Position numbers and translations under genes: made by a program. From NCBI RefSeq assembly GCF_006345805.1, contig NW_021835910.1, positions 1 through 35,187 on the forward strand: a stretch of DNA of 35,187 nucleotides, written 5' to 3'. Origin of the DNA: Octopus sinensis. Lineage: Eukaryota. Positions within the stretch are counted from its first letter, which is position 1. Each line of letters starts with the position of its first letter. Below, piece after piece: positions 21,451-30,889 of the stretch. Below the pieces are notes generated by a model. That model searched no databases and was not told the DNA's origin. It saw only the letters and a program-made list of their open reading frames with translations.

Positions 21451-23000
21451 TTAATCAATCACAGGAAACGAAACTCTATGACCATTGTTAAACATCGGAT
21501 TTAAAATAAAACCATCTTACAACCACTGTTGAAATTTGAAAAGAGCGTTTCAACGTTCGGAGGGTCGCAGAGCACAACAATATTTTGAGCATTACTATCT
21601 GTGATAATTTCTTTCGGTATTCTTCAAACTACATTATTCCACCGTTCGTCAAAGACAGAGAGAAAAAATGTAACGCTCGTATCAACGGTTGTATTAAACT
21701 GATTCAGCAGTTATGTAGGACATTATCAATGGCGGCTGTATGAAAATGTATCAAGGCAGTAAGAAACTGCACGAAATGTTCTACCAAACTATCGTATACA
21801 AAAACAAACCAGTAAAAATACTCAACAACACCACCAACAACAAAAAACAAATAAATATTTAGAAAAAACAATAAACTCGGCTCATCAATAAAGAAATAAT
21901 GGCATTCGTCAGAAAGGCATCGAATTGTTTCGATTACCTCCCAACTAGATATAGATTTTTCTTGCCATTTGTTCAGTTGTAATACTGTAATATTGCTATG
22001 GTGATCGGCGGTGATTGTGATGGGAAACGAAATCAAAAGCTCTAAAGACAGTAATTAAGCTTTCAATGTAGTGTTATCGTTATTAACGTATAAACCATCT
22101 AAATATTCCATTGTATTACTTAAGCTGAATAAGCTGTCAATTCCTCAAATAAGATGAAAAAAGTTGTTTCAAGTAATTTATATATAAACACTCACAGACG
22201 GACAAATAAAGTACACAGATATATACACAGAAATATATATATATATATATATATATGCGTGTGTGTTTTACATTTGAGTGTATATTTGTGAACACACACA
22301 TCCATACTCGCATGATACTTCTACACAAAAACGAAGAAATAATTTACTTGTGTGTTTATTTAAAACAGCAAAAGGACAAGTGCAAAATTTGAATGGAAGT
22401 ACATCGATATTTCCTTATACTTTTGAATAATCCCCCCAAAAAACTGAAATATTCCTTTCACGTCTCGTATTCAAGCATTTAATTGACCGAATTTCTTTGC
22501 CATTGGATTATCCTGCAAAAGGTGCTGTTCTTTCCCTAACTTCAGTTGGTCGAAGGAGATCAGGTGTGATTCTTTGATGTCATTTTCAGCAGCATTGATA
22601 CCATAATATATATGAGAAGGCAAATCAGAAAAACTCCATTGTTTAAACTCCATCAAAGCGTTAAATATTTTCAAAGAGAAAACCAGTGTATTAACAAAAC
22701 ATACACGCACACATAAATATATATCTTTGTTTTCTATTGCCACTGTATACTCATAAAACATTGTGTTCTGGACTATATGTATATCGAGTTCTACACCAGA
22801 TTATTACCCTCGCTATGCCTAAGCGAAATATTGAAATACAGAAACTCTCTTCCGGAAGTGTTCTACCAAACTAATAATCTTTCGACACTGGAAAACCATA
22901 TTTGGGAACATCACTCAACAACATGAGCGAATGAAATTCATTACATAACATTTGGTTTTACTGGTGTCATCTCTTTGTTTTCTATTGCCTCTCTATACTC

Positions 23001-23031
<31 letters not shown>

Positions 23032-23221
23032 TCGCCATACTAATATGGCATTCTTATAAAAATAAGAAAAAAGCTGTCCGCTTATTAGCTCCATGAGGCC
23101 ATCGCCTTAAGTTAGCTATTTGATACACAAACTGTATCCATATAACCTTCGAACAAGGGAGGTCAGTCGCTCCACACTACTTGTATATATGCACATATTT
23201 TTCTTATGAAATTATATTTCA

Positions 23222-23840
<619 letters not shown>

Positions 23841-23925
23841 AAATAAATACACACACACACAGATATATGTATGGGAGTAAATATATAAATGTATATACAT
23901 ACATACATATGTTAATGTGTGTGTG

Positions 23926-23959
<34 letters not shown>

Positions 23960-24221
23960 CAAAATTATTTTTAAAATCTGTGATAGTCTTTTCATGCGAA
24001 TTGTAAATACTACATTTTGTAATAAATATCAGATTTTTATCCTTTCATCTCCTTATGCATATTTTCTCGCTCCCCCATCTCTCTGCCTCTCTCACTCCCT
24101 TTCTCTTTCTCTCTACAAATGCAATATCCCTACATATCTCACACCTATTTTCATTTCTCCACTTCACTCTCTATTTCGTATCTTATCTAAATTAACTATT
24201 GCTTAACCATTTTCTCACACC

Positions 24222-24270
24222 GTCCCCGATGAAGAGATATAATAAATATCCTGGAAACAGCTGTAAGAAC
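24222..24270 (+). ncRNA. Degenerate type I hammerhead motif
   Basis: CCGATGA (U4 changed to C), stem II GATAT/ATATC, GAAA, palindromic ACAGCTGT, then A-AGA. Stem I is disrupted. Confidence 0.5.
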
Positions 24271-24349
24271 TTCTATTTATAAATGTTCTAAAATCTTCAC
24301 AGTCTTTAAAGGTTTTGTCGAACTATTCAACCGTAGTACATTTAATTTC

Positions 24350-24425
24350 TAAACCTGGTACTTATTCTATCGGTTCTTTTTCCCGAACCGCTATGTTAGG
24401 GGAACGTAAGCAAATTAACATCAAT
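24350..24425 (-). mobile_element. SINE 3' fragment
   Basis: GTACTTATTCTATCGG...CCGAACCGCTA, homologous to 27084-27125. Confidence 0.6.
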
Positions 24426-25489
24426 TAACAGTGCACTTTCATCATGGATATTACGACACCCTGGCATCCATCTTTTATAACTTTTCTACTTCTCACTACA
24501 TCTCTTCCAATCTATTTTTCAATATATTTGGCAGGACAACCGTTCTTTCTCCAATAACTCTTTCAAATTTATTGAGAGAGTGAATAAGTAAACGATATTC
24601 TAAAAGTAACGAGGTCAAAGTAATCCTATATTTCGAGTTTTATCTTTAGTTTATAGTTTTGGCCCGCTAAAAAAAAGCCTGTAGCGAACTGGTATGGTCA
24701 CTTAAAGCATAATCAGAAAGGTAATTTAGATAAGATCTCAGACTTTGGAGTAGAGAGACTTACAACTATGGCCATTGGTTCGAACTTAGAACACATACAT
24801 ACTTACAGACATATTCATTAGTTTATAATTGTACATGAGTATACACTATACATACTTACTTTTCTTTAAAACATCACTTGTTCATCATGATAGCTGGTGA
24901 ATGGATCATCTTCTGTTTTTTTAGCTTGCCAGTTTATGTATTTAAAATTTACTTAATGATTGTAGATTTTATTCTGCTATCGAAACAGTGGTAGTAAATT
25001 TTAAACCCCACTACAAGTATATGTATATTGAAACGAAATGTAAGTTCACTGGGTTACTGCAATAAGCATTTTTAGGTGTTATGTAGTTTTTATTGTAATT
25101 GGTTATGAACAATGAAGGGTGTGGAGTGTCTATAAATATTGCTTTTGATGCGGATTGTACTGGAACAGATTTTGACCAATCAGAGATATATCAACTAGTC
25201 AATGTGAAATAATGATTTTATTACAATTTTAATATCACTTCTTACAACAGCTGTACGATTTGATTGTCAGCCCTTGTGTTTACCACGCACGGTCCAAACA
25301 AACCGGGCGATAATCATTCGGCGTACTCTAGATAGCAGCCAAATTTCCCTTGAATCATATTCTGCCGTCTTAAGGAATGCTTTGGTTTCCTTAAAGACTT
25401 TCTCACTTTCCCCAGCGTCAAACTAATACACCTACTTCGTCTAATACACGTCTTCGTTTTGTTGTTTTTCTATAAATTTCAACTATATA

Positions 25490-25525
25490 CACATACATAC
25501 ATACATACATACATACATACATACA

Positions 25526-25572
<47 letters not shown>
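25490..25572. repeat. (ATAC)n/(AT)n microsatellite
   Basis: Direct reading. Confidence 0.95.
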
Positions 25573-25573
<1 letters not shown>

Positions 25574-25761
25574 ATACAAATAAGAAAATGGAGAATCAAT
25601 TTAGTTGGTTTATCAGCTATAGGATATTAGAATGTTGACTTATTTATTTAACAAAATGAGAACAATAATAACATTCATATATACATTAAAATTTAATACA
25701 TATAAGATAACAATACAATTATGAAAACCTTAATATAAATTATTGGAATCATTAAAATCAC

Positions 25762-25883
25762 TCTTACAGCTGTTTCAGCCTATGGAAAAAAGTAGTTTTC
25801 AGTGCCTCTAGTTGTCAATTATATTGAGGTTGTAGGCATTTAAAAATGAGGTACTTATATATAACCATAGGGCTCGTCAGAGA
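25762..25883 (-). ncRNA. Type I hammerhead ribozyme motif with a long loop II
   Basis: Minus strand reads TCT-CTGACGA-GC-CCTATGG...(79 nt)...CCATAGG-CT-GAAA-CAGCTG-TA-AGA. 3-bp stem I, 7-bp stem II, palindromic stem III, GUA triplet. Confidence 0.7.
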
Positions 25884-26064
25884 TTATAGAGAACTTTCAA
25901 AATATAAATATATACATGAAACAGAATACACGTACAATTTAATATATATAAATATAAACATATATCCATATACACATACAGACATATATATATACATACA
26001 TAAGCAAAGTATATACACTTTTACATGTGTATAAATACATAAATAAGCATAACTACACAAACAA

Positions 26065-26415
26065 TATTTAATTATTATTATTATTATTATTATGATTATT
26101 ATTATTATTATTATTATTATTATTGTTGTTGTTATTCTTCTTCTTCTTCTTCTTCTTCTTATTATTATTATATGTTTGACTTTTGCTTTATATTTGTACA
26201 AGTTGGCTCCAAGTCTCACCCGGAGACCTCAAGAGACAACAGGTTGTAAGTTCACGTTGTTGTTATGCCTAGTGTGCCATATATTTTGGTTGTTTTTTGT
26301 GTTGTACTAGTGGATGTCTAAAAAAAATGTTTGTTTTAAACCTTGAGATTACATAGAAAGTATTTTGCGTAGGATATGAGCAGTTCCCATGAGCACTATC
26401 TTTTGAATTTCTTCT
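26065..26415 (-). mobile_element. 3' end of an R4/Dong-like non-LTR retrotransposon with a (TAA)n-type tail
   Basis: EEIQKIVLMGTAHILRKILSM* (stop at 26349-26351), then a 3' UTR, then a compound (TAA/GAA/CAA)n tract at 26065-26172. Confidence 0.75.
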
Positions 26416-26438
26416 GAATTATTATTATTATTATTATT

Positions 26439-26613
26439 GAGTGAGAGAGCAGTTCATGCCATCAAAGTGACACTGGGGTAAAATATACGAAGCCCAATAT
26501 ACCCATCATGACTACCCGTCTGATAAAGGTACACCAGGCACATGCATCACAACCATATGTGCGCGACATGGTGATCTCATATCAAGATAAACAGCACATG
26601 ACCTTGCAGGTGG
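26439..26613 (-). mobile_element. Truncated retroelement 3' end embedded in (TTA)n
   Basis: 175-bp complex sequence flanked on both sides by ATT/TTA runs (26418-26438 and 26614-26635). I recognise it as a common octopus repeat; unverified. Confidence 0.6.
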
Positions 26614-26839
26614 ATTATTATTATTATTATTATTACATTTATCAATAATAATAATAATAACTAAATTGTTTCTCCATTTTCTTATTTGTATTATAAATTA
26701 ATGGTAAAATATTTCTTTACCTTCATCCATTTAATAAAATAAGCAAGTTAATTGCATTGCAATTAAAAACACTTGCGTATTAATAATTTGGATATTATAC
26801 CAACAGTATATTGGATAAGTATTATCACTTAGTAGGTTG

Positions 26840-26882
<43 letters not shown>

Positions 26883-26998
26883 TGCATGTATGTATGTATG
26901 TATAATTAAGGTTCATTTGAATTAGGTACTTAAGTTGGGGTACAAAGTCAGTCCCGTGTTATCAGCACACCTCGAAGTAAGGTGAATAAAAATCTACC

Positions 26999-27205
26999 TG
27001 TTTCAGTCATTTGACTACAGCCATGCTGGAGCACTGTCTTTAGTCGAACAAATCGACTCCAAAGCCTAATCTTTGTAAGCCTAGTACTTATTCTATCGGG
27101 CTCTTTTGCCGAACTGCTAAGTTACGGGGACGTAAATACCAACGTCGAGTGTCAAGCGATAGTGGAGGGACAAACACGGGCACACAAATACACACACACA
27201 CACAC

Positions 27206-27236
<31 letters not shown>

Positions 27237-27264
27237 CGACGGGCTTCTTTCCAGTTTCCGTCTA
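26999..27264 (-). mobile_element. SINE body and 3' region with internal (CA)/(AT) microsatellite
   Basis: The reverse complement starts TAGACGGAAACTGGAAAGAAGCCCGTCGTA and shares motifs with the other SINE copies in the window. Confidence 0.8.
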
Positions 27265-27425
27265 GTCCCTCTGCGTGGCACCTTCGGCAAGTGTTTTCTA
27301 CTATAGCCGCGGGCCGATTAAAGCCTTTGGTAGACGGAAACTGAAAGAAGCTCGTCCTATATATATATTCATGCATATGCTTGTGTGTCTGTGTTTTTCC
27401 CCACACCATCGCTTGACAATCGTGT
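27265..27425 (+). mobile_element. SINE internal fragment, inverted relative to its left neighbour
   Basis: GTCCC...GCGTGGCACCTTCGGCAAGTG...TAGACGGAAACTGAAAGAAGC...CCATCGCTTGACAA. Confidence 0.8.
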
Positions 27426-27524
27426 GTGTTTCGCTTGGGCATTGAACTTTAGAAATCAATATACAAATGCTTCAGAACCAAACGTTAGTCAAGTAGAGGA
27501 CGGTGATAAGAAAATGCTTTTACT

Positions 27525-27947
27525 CAGGGCCTGATTAAGACCCATCGAGGCCCTAAGCACTTAAAGGATTTTGGTGTCCCCATAAAAGATTATGTAATTC
27601 AAAATATGAACAATAACAAACCATAAAATAAATTCTTATTTTTTCAAAACAAAACAAAACGTTAAGATGGAAAATAATGTTTATTTAAACCTCCACTTTA
27701 TATAGATTTGAAAAGTTTTCTCCTACTTTTTTAATTGCAAAGTCTTTGATCAGATCCGCAAAATTAACCTTAGGTAACACATCTACATCTATACTTAGTA
27801 GAGATAAAGACATCCCGAATATTATTTTAGTAAGTTTAAAGTGATTTTCATTTGTGTCGTAAACCATTTACCGTTTCTGTGGTGTCCCCTCCTCCCCTTG
27901 ATGCCCTGAGCGCGTGTTTACTTTGCTTAATGATTAATCTAGCGCTG
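27525..27947 (-). mobile_element. Non-autonomous hAT element (internal deletion derivative)
   Basis: TIRs CAGGGCCTGATTAA and reverse-complemented CAGCGCTAGATTAA (11/14 identical). 8-bp TSD CTTTTACT (27517-27524) / CTTTTACC (27948-27955). LSLLSIDVDVLPKVNFADLIKDFAIKK resembles the hAT transposase C-terminal dimerisation region. Confidence 0.85.
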
Positions 27948-28104
27948 CTTTTACCATTTATCTAAATCTGTATATATCAACCTTGAAACAGATTTCGAGA
28001 TTAATCTAATTCTTTCGAGATTAATCTAATTCCCCGCGTACCTGCTTGTTCTCTCATTGGTAATGCTTTTTCCTATATATATTCTTTTATTTGTTTTATT
28101 CATT

Positions 28105-28230
28105 AGACTACAACCATGCTGGAGCACCACCTTGAAAGGATTCAGCCGAACAAATCAACACCAGGACTTATTTTTTGAGACTAGCACTTATTCTAATGGT
28201 CTCTTGTGCTGAACCGAAATGTTATGGAGA
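28105..28230 (-). mobile_element. Diverged SINE 3' fragment
   Basis: CCATGCTGGAGCACC...CGAACAAATC...ACTTATTCTA, homologous to 27020-27100. Confidence 0.65.
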
Positions 28231-28239
28231 CATTTCAAG

Positions 28240-29935
28240 CCTCTGGGTGTAATATTTTCAATAGTTTTAAAGGTTATGGCTAAAAAGAATTTTGAAAATA
28301 AACTATTTGAGATTCAAGTAATAATCAACAGATGAATGAAAATAATAATTACATAACCGGGTAGAATTGCGGTTATAAAGTCACTTCTCATTACAAAATT
28401 GAACTCTCTCTTCCTTACACTCCCGAATCCACCGGGTAAATTTCTCCGGAAATTAAAATATTTAAATTTCTCTGGAGTGGAAAACCTGATAAAATTAAGA
28501 GAGTTGTTGCTTGTAAACCTGTTAAAGGAGGTGGACTTGGTATGGTGGAAGCTTCTGCTTATGTCAGTTATCCTGGATGAGAAATTTGTTAGATATTAAT
28601 TATGAATCCAAATGGAAACACTTGCGCTATGCCTCCTCCCCAAAACTAAAAACTTTAGCTGTATTTGGTAACGTTTTTCCGAGTAAATTCGCCAAGGATA
28701 TCAAGAATGATTTTTGGCATGATTGTATTTCTGCTTTTGATAAGTTTACAAATAAGACGGAGCCTAATTTATTTGATGAATTCATAATAGAACCAATTTA
28801 CTATAACGAACACTTAAAAGTCCGTAAAAAGGCAATTTTTTTCTACGTGGTTTGAAAGAAGTCTTAGTCAGATTCGTGATTTTATCAACTTAGATGGGTC
28901 ATATCGCACCCTTGAAGTATTCCAGAATGCTTTTGAACTAGGTACAAATTTTCTTCATTATAGTGGTCTTATCAGGGCCATTAAAGACTACCAAGCAAGG
29001 TTAAAGATAAACAAACCTACTTCTTTTCAACGATAATACAGCTATCCGGAGACTCGTGTCTGTCAAGAAAGGAGCCAAACGGTATTACCAAGTGTTAAGC
29101 ACAGTTGATGTTTGTTTAAAATTCAAACATAAATGGGAAGAGTGTATGCTTGTTGAACTGGAATAGGAAAAAAATATTTGTACTACCTGTAAAGACGACA
29201 ACAGATACTAAATTGTGATGGTTCCAGTTCAGAATTATATTTTAAAAACTAATTCTATCCTATTTAAGATCAAATTAGCTGAAAGCAACCTGTGCACTTT
29301 TTGTCAACATGAAGTAGAGACAATACTGCATGTTTTGGTATTGAGAACATGTACAAGCCTTCTGGCAATGCTTCCTAGATCTGCTGCATGAAAAATGCCT
29401 TCATGTTTGCAACATGAACTTTGACCCACAGCTTATTGTGTTCGGGTTAAGAAAGAATGCATATAATGATGGTATCTTTGACCTGCTAATATGACTAACA
29501 AATTTTTTTATATATAAAAGCAAAGTGTCAAAACCCACTTTTAGCCCCAAACATTTTAGATACTTTGTTCAGGACAGGAATCTTCTTAAAAACATTTCTT
29601 GCAATAAAAGAAAGCAAAATGAGTTTTATAAAAAGAGGATGCTCTTCCATGAGTTTGCAAATGTGAAGTAATCCTCTTATTGTTACCTCTTATGGAATCA
29701 CAAGAGCATACTATAACTGTATTAAAATTTTATGTGGGATTGGCGAGTGAATGTTTACTAGTGTGTAGTCTCTCTCTCTCTCTCTTTCTTTCTTTCTTCT
29801 TTTTCTCGCTTCTGTTTTTTAAGAAAAAAAATCCTGTTCTCCATTTATTTTTATACAAGATTCACACACATCTGGCTCTGCTGTCTTCAATTATAACGGA
29901 AAATAAGAAATTAAAAATTTTAAATTAAAAAAAAA
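28240..29935 (+). mobile_element. Decayed 3' part of an L1-clade LINE ORF2
   Basis: GRIAVIKSLL...LFLTLPNPP, FLWSGKPDKIKR...KGGGLGMV and the zf-RVT-like LCTFCQHEVETILHVF, spread over several frames. A-rich tail at ~29900-29935. Confidence 0.8.
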
Positions 29936-30179
29936 TTCTTCCCTTTCGTTTTCAATTCCCGGAATAATCCATGCTTGTTGCATTCCTTGTATTTTGTTTC
30001 AGAATCGGAGATGTACAACTCAGAATAACAAAATTTGAAGTAACAGCTTAGTAAATATATTTTAGTGCAGCAAGGGTTCTGTTTTCAACAGTTTATGTGC
30101 AATGCATTCAGGTGTTTGTGTCTGTGTCTGTGTGTGTGCATGTGTGTGTGTGTGCGTGCGCATGTATGTATAAAACCAT

Positions 30180-30426
30180 TTAAGATTGTGTGGAATTGTT
30201 GTTATCTTCTTTAAACTTCCGGCGAGTGAAAACTATAAAAATGCCTTCAGCTGCAAGTATGATGAAGCCGAGGCCTATGAAACCGACGTAGATGAAATAG
30301 GGCCCAGCGAGACTCCATAACTCCAAGGGATCACTGTGGGGGCCTTGTTTTGAACATTTGTTAGAATCGGACCACCACTTGTGTCTCCATTTTTCAATAA
30401 GTCCAGCTTCATGTAGTTTTCGGATC
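30180..30426 (-). CDS. Terminal exon of an ionotropic glutamate receptor / IR-family gene (end of S2, M4 helix, short tail)
   Basis: Acceptor TATTTTAATTTCAG (AG at 30427-30428). Uninterrupted frame IRKLHEAGLIEKWRHKWWSDSNKCSKQGPHSDPLELWSLAGPYFIYVGFIGLGFIILAAEGIFIVFTRRKFKEDNNNSTQS*. The L-x-E-x-G...KWW...C and M4 G...E patterns are characteristic of iGluRs. Confidence 0.85.
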
Positions 30427-30467
30427 CTGAAATTAAAATATAAATGATATATATATATATATAGTGA

Positions 30468-30864
30468 CTAGCAGTATCACCCGATGTTGCTTGGGTTTGT
30501 TTCGACAAATTGGACAATTGGAATTTTTGAAAAGTAAAATTTTGCATTATGCAGCTTGTTATTCTCTTTAAGTGAACATTTTCCCAGTTGAAATACACCG
30601 AAAAATGGTGACACAGCAGTCAAAAATCGTAAAAAAAGGGATTTTCATAGAAAAAAAAAGCACCTTTTTGATGTAAATAATTTTTGGTGTTAACATGGTC
30701 CGATTTGAATTTTATCTTCTACAGAATGAAGAGCAAGCCTTCTTTTATCATACTCTCAATTTTGGTCAACTTGCGCTGCAGGGTCTCGAAGGAGATAGTG
30801 TTAGTTGAAGGCTACCAAACCTGCCATACACAGACAACTTCAGCTTTATATATATATAGAGAGA
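30468..30864 (-). mobile_element. Complete non-autonomous Helitron (~397 bp)
   Basis: Minus strand A|TCTCTCTATATATATATAAAG...CTAG|T, inserted in an AT dinucleotide, no TSD, subterminal hairpin at 30479-30496. Confidence 0.8.
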
Positions 30865-30889
30865 TTTGCTACACACTACTTTCCATCCT

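Noticed and set aside
25240-25258. ACAGCTGTA palindrome resembling hammerhead stem III
   Set aside because: No GAAA before it and no CUGANGA core or stems nearby on either strand.
30275-30598. 107-aa minus-strand ORF in the ORF track
   Set aside because: It starts inside the Helitron and reads the receptor exon in the wrong frame.
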